From a virus (lineage: Duplodnaviria; Caudoviricetes): 55,903 nucleotides of DNA. The position numbers and the translations under genes were made by a program. Location of the stretch: the IMG/VR virus record IMGVR_UViG_3300023184_000159, positions 1-55,903 of that record; one strand, 5' to 3'. The number at the start of each line of letters is the position of its first letter. The stretch's first letter is position 1. Below the pieces are notes generated by a model. It saw only the letters and a program-made list of their open reading frames with translations, searched no databases and was not told the origin of the DNA. Below, piece by piece: positions 47,855-55,903 of this stretch.

Positions 47855-49411
47855 TTATTCTCCTAGATCATCACTTAATTTTTGCAATGCAGCATCGTTA
47901 GCATCTGAAAGATCAATCTCATCTGCACGAGTAACTTCTTCTACATCAAACAAACCGCCAAACAGATTATCATTCTGTCCGTTAGTTGTATTACGAGCAC
48001 CCGCAATACTGATTAAGAATGCTTTAGCAGTTGGATGCTCTAACATCTCCATGGCCTCTGTTAATGTTTTAGTATTAAATAATTCTTCAACAAAGCGATC
48101 GAAATACAATACATTACGTGGAACCCATTCGCTGAACTGATCGCTGGCAAGTTCTTTAGAGTTAAGTTTTTTCCATGAACGCCAGTCAGGTTTAAATCTT
48201 GCACTTTCGATATCGGCATAATGATTAGCACGTTGTACTGCTTCAATATGACATTGTACATTATGTGCCATATACAATGAATAAGCAAAACTATCCCAAG
48301 AAGTTTTACCTTCTTTCTTAATTTTGTTCAACATACCCGGAGCATAATGACAAATGTCGCCCATTACAAGTCTGCGGCCGATCTCCGATTCGAATGGGAA
48401 TGGGATATCGCTTCCTGCAAGTGCTTTGTTGTCTGGGGCTTTTTCCATAACAACACTGAACTTTTTCGAAGTGTGGATTGCGTTTGTGTAAACGAGTCCG
48501 TGTGCTGTTGCGACAAACGGTGAGGCGCAGTCAAAAGATATGGTAATTTCTTCATTAATATGTTTCCTGAGTTGTCGTTGAATTGAAGTTAGATAGCAAG
48601 CCCAATCTAACTGTGCTGTACCCAAGAAGTGGATCCAGTTCTTGCCTGTGAGCATGCCTTCCTCTCGCATGATCATCAAACGCTTTAAAGTAATGTCCAT
48701 CTTACTCATATTGACACCACCCATTGCCCAACCCTCTGCTGCTTTATCTCCCCATACAGCAGGGTCACTATATTCTTTAACACCTTCATACCAAGACTGT
48801 GCGCTATGCCAATCACTGCCTTGTAAAACATTTAACCATTTAGTCTTACCTAACCGATTCTTTAAAAAGTAATCGTTATTGAACCGAGTCTTTTGTAAAC
48901 AATCTTCTGGGCTTGTTAAACCAGTACGAGGTTGATTGTTCTTATCACAGGCCCAGATAGGAACGTCCAACATCATTGACCAATCAGCGGTTAGTTCTAA
49001 CCAAGCAATAATGTCATCACGAGTTTTGTTAGCTGCTTTACCTTCAAAGTCCAACCAATCAAACTTTAGAATACCTTTACCAATTTGGTATCCGCCTGAG
49101 TCACCTAAGATCATAGTGTTAGCATGATCACGATCTTGGATCATACTTTCTTGTACCAAACTTTTTTGAATATCTAATTGTGCGTGACCTGCTGAATATA
49201 GACCATACTTGTAAGTAAAGTATCCTTGCTCAGCATTAAGAAAGTTCATACCTTCAATACCGCGATCAAATCCTTTAGGAATACGACCCTTAGGTACAAA
49301 GTCACCTAATCGTTGTTTGGCAACATAGGTGCTGTAAAAACTGCTGATTGCTGGCAAATATACAGCATAATCTCTTTGGAATGGTGATAGGTTAACTGGT
49401 GAATTACTCAT
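47855..49411 (-). CDS. dpdA: TGT-family transglycosylase, probable DNA 7-deazaguanine insertase (DpdA-like)
   Basis: GDSGGYQ, MMLDVP, NVLQG, GWAMGG, IHFLG, SFDCASP, late HN; clustered with queE and the QueD paralogue. Confidence 0.78.
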   Translation of the reverse strand: MSNSPVNLSPFQRDYAVYLPAISSFYSTYVAKQRLGDFVPKGRIPKGFDRGIEGMNFLNAEQGYFTYKYGLYSAGHAQLDIQKSLVQESMIQDRDHANTMILGDSGGYQIGKGILKFDWLDFEGKAANKTRDDIIAWLELTADWSMMLDVPIWACDKNNQPRTGLTSPEDCLQKTRFNNDYFLKNRLGKTKWLNVLQGSDWHSAQSWYEGVKEYSDPAVWGDKAAEGWAMGGVNMSKMDITLKRLMIMREEGMLTGKNWIHFLGTAQLDWACYLTSIQRQLRKHINEEITISFDCASPFVATAHGLVYTNAIHTSKKFSVVMEKAPDNKALAGSDIPFPFESEIGRRLVMGDICHYAPGMLNKIKKEGKTSWDSFAYSLYMAHNVQCHIEAVQRANHYADIESARFKPDWRSWKKLNSKELASDQFSEWVPRNVLYFDRFVEELFNTKTLTEAMEMLEHPTAKAFLISIAGARNTTNGQNDNLFGGLFDVEEVTRADEIDLSDANDAALQKLSDDLGE

Positions 49412-49778
49412 CTTGACTTAATATCTCTGTTATTTTTAATTGTTCTTCTGCTCGAGCAAGTTCTTTTTTAGCACGATTTACATTTTGTCTAGCAATTTTA
49501 ACAGCAGGATTATCGTTAGGCAATGATAAAAGAACTTCTTCTTCCATCTTTTTCTTTCTTGCCCACTCTAATAATTCTAAAGTATATCCGTCTAATGTAG
49601 CAGTTGCATAACTAGACGGCACTTTCATCCAACCAGTACCACCAAACACTTGTAAATCTGTACCCCATACACGAATCATACCTTGCATGGGAATTTCCGT
49701 ATTCATATTAATGTAAGGTACACTGGTGTCCCCACCTGTTATCTTAATACCTACACCGCCTGCTAGACCTTTTATCAT
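49404..49778 (-). CDS. Hypothetical protein
   Basis: 124 aa, overlaps both neighbours; C-terminal coiled coil. Confidence 0.65.
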   Translation of the reverse strand: MIKGLAGGVGIKITGGDTSVPYINMNTEIPMQGMIRVWGTDLQVFGGTGWMKVPSSYATATLDGYTLELLEWARKKKMEEEVLLSLPNDNPAVKIARQNVNRAKKELARAEEQLKITEILSQDE

Positions 49779-50509
49779 GCCTGTGCTGGGATAATATATT
49801 TGTAAGTAGCAATGCCGCTGTCTAAGGTGATCTGCATAGCACCTTCATCACTAAACCCAATCTTAGCATTGTTAGCATCAGCAATTTTCAAAATGCTTAA
49901 TACGCTGTTTACTGGCCAGGTCCAACCTTTAGTAAGAGTACCAACAACGTCTGTGGCAAAAATAAATTCACCACCGTGGCTGCTAACATCGCCAAATGTA
50001 AACTTTAAATTACCACCATCTGTTTTTGCCAAGAAAGTTGTATGTTCTGTGTTAGCACCTGCTTGGAATTGAAAACGTTGAATAGCACTCACAGTGGGCT
50101 CAACTTCAACATGCCATTTAACTCCGCGGAATTTAACAGTTTTCAATTTTTCATTGATAATGTCTTGATTCATAAAGCGATAGTCGTTCTTAAAGTCGCC
50201 GTCTTTGTTTTCAAAGTGTAGACCAACTGGAATAGTTTCGCCATTGCGTTCGGCAGTAACTACCTCAATTTTAGCACCGTCTTGATATTCTTTACCATCT
50301 AATAGATAGCGTAGTTTTTCAAGTTGTGGCATACCATATGTGCCAATCATGTCCGGATGTGGATTAGCAGTTTCGGCATACATAATAACACTACGGTCAT
50401 CTGCCATAGAGTCGATTAGAGTTTTTTGTTCTGTGCCTGTTACTTTAACAATATTTAGAAAGCCTAATTTGTTTGTATGTGCAACGATGTCTTGAAGAAT
50501 AGATTTCAT
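49775..50509 (-). CDS. Probable DNA sliding clamp (gp45/PCNA-like)
   Basis: 244 aa alpha/beta protein right after the polymerase; C-terminal FSDEGAMQITLDSGIATYKYIIPA resembles clamp ends. Confidence 0.6.
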   Translation of the reverse strand: MKSILQDIVAHTNKLGFLNIVKVTGTEQKTLIDSMADDRSVIMYAETANPHPDMIGTYGMPQLEKLRYLLDGKEYQDGAKIEVVTAERNGETIPVGLHFENKDGDFKNDYRFMNQDIINEKLKTVKFRGVKWHVEVEPTVSAIQRFQFQAGANTEHTTFLAKTDGGNLKFTFGDVSSHGGEFIFATDVVGTLTKGWTWPVNSVLSILKIADANNAKIGFSDEGAMQITLDSGIATYKYIIPAQA

Positions 50510-50527
50510 ATTAATTTCCTTTTAGTT

Positions 50528-50556
50528 AGTTTATTTAGATTTAGTAAAAAAGTCAA
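50528..50556 (-). promoter_or_regulatory. Sigma70-type promoter for the clamp and downstream modification cluster
   Basis: TTGACT-17 nt-TAAACT, the same hexamers as the gp47 promoter. Confidence 0.6.
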
Positions 50557-50564
50557 CAAATATT

Positions 50565-53237
50565 TTACTCAAAGTCAAACAGTGACCCAAAATTATTTGT
50601 TTGTGTAGTAGATTCTAGATCCCACTCTAGAACACCAATGAGGTTATCGAGTTTGTTATTGATAATAACAGTTTCCATATCAGCATGATCAAATGGCAAT
50701 TCTTGGAACCACTTAGGCAAACGTAGTTCGTCAACTGGATATGCTACGCTGGTATACCCGAGCGGATTGTCTTTTAATTTACAAACAATAACTTTCATAC
50801 CGTCTACAATGTTGGTACTATATTTGTCACCGTTCATACGCTTTAAAGTATTCCAGTTAATACTAGCACGTACATGTCCTGGCATATTTGCCTTACCTGC
50901 CTTACGTTCTTTTTCTTGATATTCGGCAATATTGTTAGCACGTTTAGGACTGCCTTTTTCCCATCCGGGTCGTGCTTTAAACTCAGTTCTAAATTCATTA
51001 ATCATATCAAGAATTTCTTCTTCCTGACTACCATTTAGAACTTTAGTTAGTACTTCTTCAAGAAACTTCTGCATGAATTCTGGAGTATCGCTACGTTTCA
51101 AATCTAAGCCCATGGCTTTAATTTTGCCAGGTTTGGTCTCACTGTCATATCTCTTGCCATCTTTATCATAGTACAATACAGCATAACGCTTCTTAGTAAT
51201 AAACAATCCTTTGATAGCAACAATTTCACGTCCTGCTTTAATAACTTCGCCACGTGACTTTGGACAGTGGAAAGTGTCTAACATGAATTGCGGAAATGTA
51301 GCATTAACATTATCTGCAATTGTGTTGTATAGTTGGATAGCAATATCTTTATCCCAAGGAATTAATTTCTTTTGGATATCAATCTTTAATGCATTGTATG
51401 CAGAAAAATAACAACTGTCTGTGTCACCATAGATAATACTTTTACCAACGTGATCAAACTCACCTGTGATAACTTCATTAACCTTGCCTGCCATATGACG
51501 AGCAATAGCACGACCAGTTAGTGTGGTACTTTGTCCAATACGCTTATCAAAGAATCTGCAACCCGGATTAAGAATAGCACCATACAAACTATTCAAGTTA
51601 ATTTTCTTAACTAGTTGTCGTTTGTCCCAATATTCTTCTTCAATCTTATTGCCAGCATCCATGGCTACTTTAAGTTTTTTCTGCATATCCTTACGCTCAC
51701 TATACCAGCGAGCCAATAGTCCGGGAATAATACCTTCCTGTTCATAGGTAAAGATTGTACCATTAGCACTGAGCATCCACGGTTGATTACTTTCGTAAAT
51801 TAGTCGATACGCCTCGGCTCCGCTCAATACGTCATGTTCACCATTTTCCCAATCTATAGTAAGTTCGTATGCACGATCCTGTCGCATTACTGCTTCAAAT
51901 TCTAAACTACCAAACATACCTTCCCATGCAGCCGCAAAGGATTTTTTATCCAATGTTGTTTGTTTATGAATAAATTCGTCAGTATTGGTCTGACGTATTT
52001 GTCCAACAATGGTTTCTGGACCCATATTCAATGCACGAATTACACTTGGATATAGACTGTTAATGTCCATACTTCCAATGTAATCATGTAATCCTTTTTT
52101 AGGATATGCTACATAAGCACCTGCTGCTTGATTGTTTTCAGTTTCATCACGCTTGGCACGGCTTGGGACAATTAGCCCTCTGTGATGTGCTTCATTAACA
52201 ATTGCCTGTTCTGTTACAGCTACAGCACCCATTGTGGTCTGTAGTAATACTGTACATTCATGTGCCAGTGTATTGGCAAGATCCAAGAACTTTAATTTCT
52301 TATCTAACTTGTCAAGTAGTGCAGTATCTTGTCTATTATATTCAATAAATTTACGGAAGTCATTGTTATATAGTTGATCCAATGTGCCTTCGTAGACAGT
52401 CTTACTTTCACCTACCTCCATTTCTCCAATGGCATCGAGCCGGTAGGTGTGGCGTTCTTCATAGGTATATTTCCTGTACAGTTCGAGACTGTCCAAATGA
52501 ACGCGACCAATAAGATCATAAGTAACAGCCTGTTTCCCATATTTCTCATATTCTCTTTTCTTTGGAAATTGATCCCACAAACAGAATCTGCGAGTGTCTT
52601 CTTTACTTAGTACTTTTGTAACTCTATTTACAGTGTAAGGAATATCAAAACCTTCACTGTTCCATCCACTTAATACATCAGCGTCTTCGATTAGATTTAG
52701 AAATGCATCTAACATTTCTGCTTCTGTTTCAAACAACATGGTATTAGGAAAGTCTTTAACTTGTTCCTGTGCCTGTTCCATGGTTAATGTTTTGGGAGGA
52801 ACAGCAAAACAAACTAATGTTTCTAACCATTGTAGATGAATTGCAATACTGGTAATTGGCATAAAAGCATCTTCAGGAGTGCTATAGCCACGTTCTGGAT
52901 CAAAGTCTACCTCAATGTCAAAAAATGCTACATGAAGTTTTGGAGGTTCTGCTCCAAGATAATGATCTTCCAAACATCTAAATGCTGGTTTAATATCACT
53001 TTCATAGAGTCTACGTTCGCCGTGGATACGTAGTTCTTTTTGGAAGTCCTTGTTATTTCTACAAGATACTTTACTTAGATTCTCACCGTAGATTGATTTG
53101 TACTTACCCTTTTGATCAGGATAATAAAAGATGAATTTGGCAGGATATTCTTGATAGATTCTGCCTTTCTTTGGATCACGTTCAACGACTTTGATAACAT
53201 CTTTGTCGCGATCCCACATTGCGTCAACATATGACAT
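50565..53237 (-). CDS. gp43: Family B DNA polymerase (gp43-like)
   Basis: Exo motifs FDIE, WNSEGFDIPY, YNRQD; polymerase motifs DINSLYPS, KINLNSLYG, YGDTDS, KKRY; C-terminal SLFDF clamp-binding-like peptide. Confidence 0.96.
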   Translation of the reverse strand: MSYVDAMWDRDKDVIKVVERDPKKGRIYQEYPAKFIFYYPDQKGKYKSIYGENLSKVSCRNNKDFQKELRIHGERRLYESDIKPAFRCLEDHYLGAEPPKLHVAFFDIEVDFDPERGYSTPEDAFMPITSIAIHLQWLETLVCFAVPPKTLTMEQAQEQVKDFPNTMLFETEAEMLDAFLNLIEDADVLSGWNSEGFDIPYTVNRVTKVLSKEDTRRFCLWDQFPKKREYEKYGKQAVTYDLIGRVHLDSLELYRKYTYEERHTYRLDAIGEMEVGESKTVYEGTLDQLYNNDFRKFIEYNRQDTALLDKLDKKLKFLDLANTLAHECTVLLQTTMGAVAVTEQAIVNEAHHRGLIVPSRAKRDETENNQAAGAYVAYPKKGLHDYIGSMDINSLYPSVIRALNMGPETIVGQIRQTNTDEFIHKQTTLDKKSFAAAWEGMFGSLEFEAVMRQDRAYELTIDWENGEHDVLSGAEAYRLIYESNQPWMLSANGTIFTYEQEGIIPGLLARWYSERKDMQKKLKVAMDAGNKIEEEYWDKRQLVKKINLNSLYGAILNPGCRFFDKRIGQSTTLTGRAIARHMAGKVNEVITGEFDHVGKSIIYGDTDSCYFSAYNALKIDIQKKLIPWDKDIAIQLYNTIADNVNATFPQFMLDTFHCPKSRGEVIKAGREIVAIKGLFITKKRYAVLYYDKDGKRYDSETKPGKIKAMGLDLKRSDTPEFMQKFLEEVLTKVLNGSQEEEILDMINEFRTEFKARPGWEKGSPKRANNIAEYQEKERKAGKANMPGHVRASINWNTLKRMNGDKYSTNIVDGMKVIVCKLKDNPLGYTSVAYPVDELRLPKWFQELPFDHADMETVIINNKLDNLIGVLEWDLESTTQTNNFGSLFDFE

Positions 53238-53250
53238 ATTTTTCCTCCTC

Positions 53251-53297
53251 GTGATTTAATGGCTCACTGACCGTCTTATAATCAATTATGGCTGATT
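53251..53297 (-). promoter_or_regulatory. Tandem hairpins upstream of the polymerase RBS, candidate translational operator
   Basis: AATCA-GCCATAAT-TGATT and GTGA-GCCATTAAA-TCAC, the second abutting GAGGAGG. Confidence 0.5.
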
Positions 53298-53306
53298 CAA
53301 CCTTAC

Positions 53307-53600
53307 TCATAAATTATTTAGCATCCTGAATAGGCCGATGCTATCTATAGTGACTAACAATACGTAGTTTGCAAGCAGGCCAAAAGATTTACGGCTATAA
53401 CAAGCCCACCCATACAAAATACACTGGCCAATAAAAATAGGATAAAGAATGATAAGAGGCGGATTTGGAACTGTGAACGCCATAGTAATGCTACATCCGA
53501 TTGAAGTTGCCCAAGCCGTAATCTCAACGATAAAACGTAGAGGGTAAGTTTTATAGTCATCCTTGATCCATTTAATGACATTAGTTAAAATTTCACTCAT
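53307..53600 (-). CDS. Small membrane protein, about 3 transmembrane helices
   Basis: Hydrophobic 97-aa ORF; ATG 53600 overlaps the end of the upstream gene. Confidence 0.65.
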   Translation of the reverse strand: MSEILTNVIKWIKDDYKTYPLRFIVEITAWATSIGCSITMAFTVPNPPLIILYPIFIGQCILYGWACYSRKSFGLLANYVLLVTIDSIGLFRMLNNL

Positions 53601-53865
53601 CAGTACGACGATGTGAATGACCACTGATATCTACAATAGTTTCCAAGTCGTCAAACTCTTTCCAAACACTGTCCCATTGATCTTTTTGTGCAATTCGGAT
53701 TGCCTTTTTAATCACACTGGGCTTAACCTCGAGTTCCTCCGCCACTGCTTTAATGGTATCGTTAAGTCCTTCGGTGAGGTCTTGAATCTCCTGCATAACG
53801 GTCATGCCCTCTGCAACGATCTGTTTAATTTTGGCCTGTTCAGGCGCTCCAAATGCTTTACCCAT
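53593..53865 (-). CDS. dsDNA-binding protein (T4 DsbA / GapR-like)
   Basis: Helical IKQIV.E...I..L...L.D.IK..AEEL..KP..IKKAIRIA pattern; ATG 53865 has an AAGGAG SD. Confidence 0.6.
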   Translation of the reverse strand: MGKAFGAPEQAKIKQIVAEGMTVMQEIQDLTEGLNDTIKAVAEELEVKPSVIKKAIRIAQKDQWDSVWKEFDDLETIVDISGHSHRRTDE

Positions 53866-53885
53866 AAAAAATCTCCTTGTAAGTA

Positions 53886-53914
53886 AGTATATACTCAACA
53901 AGGAGAAATGTCAA
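53886..53914 (-). promoter_or_regulatory. Sigma70-type promoter heading the replication genes
   Basis: TTGACA-17 nt-TATACT; the -10 lies in the loop of an inverted repeat spanning 53872-53906. Confidence 0.7.
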
Positions 53915-53922
53915 GGTTTATT

Positions 53923-54465
53923 TTATAAACGAGCGTCTATAATGTTCCAATTAATAATTTTCCAATGGTTAGTCAAGTAACTCTTTTTATCTGCTTGATA
54001 ATCTAATGACCAAGCATGTTCCCAAGCATCGATTAAAACGATAATATCTTTCTTTATAGAATGATTGGGAATTATTTTTATATCACCATTGCTTGATAGA
54101 TAGCACCAGCCACTTCCTTGAATGGACATAAACAATTTGGTAAATTCTTCTTTGAAGTTCTCAAATGATTTAAAGTGTTTATCAATAAACTCTTTGGATG
54201 CACCAATTGGTGTGTTGGCTTCATCTGGAATTTGTAGTTGTGGAAAGTACATACTATGCAAGTAAGCACCTGCTTCGTTAAAGTCTGGATCACCTTCACC
54301 GCTATTGTAGCGATTTACATACGTTCTGTATAGTTTGCCATAATGATAATCTATAGCATCCTCGCTTAACACAGGTTCGAGAGCATCGCGGGCATAGGAT
54401 AATTTCACTTGTTCAAGTGTTTTAATCTCTTTGCCCTCTACCACATATTTTATAAAATTAAACAT
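53923..54465 (-). CDS. sod: Fe/Mn superoxide dismutase
   Basis: L.Y..DALEP..S...DYHYGK, FN.AG..LH..YF, QGSGW, DAWEHA, INW; four metal ligands appear retained. Confidence 0.88.
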   Translation of the reverse strand: MFNFIKYVVEGKEIKTLEQVKLSYARDALEPVLSEDAIDYHYGKLYRTYVNRYNSGEGDPDFNEAGAYLHSMYFPQLQIPDEANTPIGASKEFIDKHFKSFENFKEEFTKLFMSIQGSGWCYLSSNGDIKIIPNHSIKKDIIVLIDAWEHAWSLDYQADKKSYLTNHWKIINWNIIDARL

Positions 54466-55154
54466 TATTTGTTTTTACCAGATCTCATATTAGCCATCCA
54501 ATGTGCAAGTTGTCCTTTACGACCGCCTTGATGTGCTATCTTACGTAATGTACTTATCTTTCCTTTGGTAGGAACATGATAACGCTTTGAGTCACCCTTA
54601 TCTTCAGGATGCCGACCGTCAGCAAAGTTTTCTTTTTGTGTAGGAATATGATTTGGACCGTAACTTATCCTACTGCCTACAATTTGTTCTAATCCAACAT
54701 GTAATGCAGGTCCTGATAAATGTTTTCGTAACCATTTTTCTGCTAGATTGTTTATAATTTTTTCGTTAGCATGAACAACCCCACCTTGACTTTTACTATG
54801 AACATATGCATGATATGCTTCGTGTGCCGCCTGTGCTACATCTTTTGCTGCTTTGCTGTCTAAGTTTGGTAAGTTGATACTGCCCACTCCGTCACCTGTA
54901 TCTCTAAACATAGGAGGCCCGCTGCTTTGATAAACATAATACATTCCTGGTCCTAATTCTTCATCGTCGTCAGTTACTCGATCTTTTCCTAAGATATTTC
55001 GAATTACATCATATGCTGTCCATAGAGTAGGAGCAGGTGCGCCACCAACATGTGTTGTTGGAAGCATAGGTTTGTCTTCTGGATCAAAATCACCGTAACG
55101 TGCTTTTAAATCTGCATCACTTGCAAGAGCCTCAAGTAATTCATTGATACGCAT
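54465..55154 (-). CDS. Probable internal head protein with HExxH motif
   Basis: MRINELLE N-terminus, AAHEAYH, basic C-terminal module starting ENFADG. Confidence 0.5.
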   Translation of the reverse strand: MRINELLEALASDADLKARYGDFDPEDKPMLPTTHVGGAPAPTLWTAYDVIRNILGKDRVTDDDEELGPGMYYVYQSSGPPMFRDTGDGVGSINLPNLDSKAAKDVAQAAHEAYHAYVHSKSQGGVVHANEKIINNLAEKWLRKHLSGPALHVGLEQIVGSRISYGPNHIPTQKENFADGRHPEDKGDSKRYHVPTKGKISTLRKIAHQGGRKGQLAHWMANMRSGKNK

Positions 55155-55445
55155 TTAGCAATTCCATTTTCTCAATGATAATGCTTTGCGTGTAGGTTCG
55201 CCATTGGGCTTTTTCATAGGACCATCAACACCTGACATTCTGGCACAGAATGATTTACGACGTTTAGCAGCCTTACTACCGGCTTTTAGTTTGCTAGGTT
55301 TGGTAGTTACTGCTTTTTGTAAATGACTACCAGGATGTTCTCTACGATAACTAGCAATGCCTTTGTCGTTCAATCCACCATTCTTATTCTTGCCGGCCTT
55401 ACGATGCCAAGCGGCAGATTCATTTATAAACTCGTATGCTCTCAT
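55155..55445 (-). CDS. Small basic protein, probable internal head protein
   Basis: MRAYEFINE N-terminus; GGLN.KG..SYRR..PGS.L...RRKSFCARM...LRKWNC. Confidence 0.65.
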   Translation of the reverse strand: MRAYEFINESAAWHRKAGKNKNGGLNDKGIASYRREHPGSHLQKAVTTKPSKLKAGSKAAKRRKSFCARMSGVDGPMKKPNGEPTRKALSLRKWNC

Positions 55446-55903
55446 TTCTTTTTCACCTTTGGCTGACGGGCTTTATACAAGGCCGCTGTGGCCATTACTT
55501 TTTTTTTTCTGGGGTCTTATTTTTAAATTGGTGATACTTATTTGGATCAGCATTTTGGAAATTATCAACCCAAGCGTCTAAATCCATAGTAGGTTCCAAT
55601 TGTCTTTCTAACATAGAGTTCAATGATTCAAAGTATGTATCTACACTTTCATTCTTAGGATGTTTGATATGTGCCCAGGCAATGCTTTCTGCATCTTTCT
55701 TACTCTTACCTTTTTTCATCATGCTGGCAGTGATATGCTTGGCTTGACGATCTACTTTGGCACCTTCCGTCATACCTTGCTCTACTGGTTCCCAATCTAA
55801 TTTTTTACCGTTGGGTAAAATTGCAAAACACGGTCCGTCGATCATTTTAGATTGTCTAATTTTTGCATCTGGAAAATTAGATTTAACTAATTGAAACCAT
55901 TGC
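55442..55903 (-). CDS. 5'-truncated hypothetical (probable head) protein with an apparent frameshift at an A10 tract
   Basis: The frame seems to enter from beyond the window and stops at 55495; the -1 frame adds VMATAALYKARQPKVKKK and ends at TGA 55442, overlapping the next ATG. Confidence 0.55.

Noticed and set aside
50565-53237. Intein or intron in the polymerase
   Set aside because: 890 aa with normal motif spacing; no splicing motifs or embedded endonuclease.
549-55581. Many short opposite-strand or alternate-frame ORFs (e.g. 9139-9456, 30213-30623, 37015-37335, 38240-38845)
   Set aside because: They lie inside well-supported genes, lack motifs and RBSs, and are explained as shadows of codon bias.
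124-55903. Stop-codon reassignment as seen in some large phages
   Set aside because: Genes tile densely in the standard code, a 13.7-kb ORF is uninterrupted, and TAA, TAG and TGA all end genes.

Overview
AT-rich, gene-dense fragment of a large T4-related (probably jumbo) myovirus genome, read in the standard genetic code. No tRNA, rRNA, CRISPR array, integrase or transposase is evident. Left arm (minus strand, 124-5328): GIY-YIG-like nuclease, SAM methyltransferase, two Hc1/histone-like small proteins, gp46/gp47 (Rad50/Mre11-like) and a gp55-like late sigma factor. Middle (plus strand, 5447-36118): contractile-tail baseplate and fibre module (tube initiator, gp53-, gp27-, gp5-GH19-, gp25-, gp6-like proteins, a 4587-aa structural protein, several fibres), preceded by TAAATA late-promoter motifs. 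Right arm (minus strand, 36115-end): ThyA, MoxR AAA+/VWA-peptidase pair, RNase H, clamp, family B polymerase, DsbA-like protein, SOD and probable internal head proteins. The most notable element is a coupled cluster at 43686-49411: TGT/DpdA-like transglycosylase, a Cys-less QueE-like protein, a QueD paralogue with an LxxxHRHxF motif, a GT-B glycosyltransferase, GalE and QueE. It suggests a possibly glycosylated 7-deazaguanine DNA modification. Other signals: a hairpin-rich non-coding stretch at the left edge, tandem GCCAU-loop hairpins before the polymerase RBS, promoters inside RBS-occluding hairpins, and a frameshift at an A10 tract. All calls come from reading motifs by eye; no database search was run.
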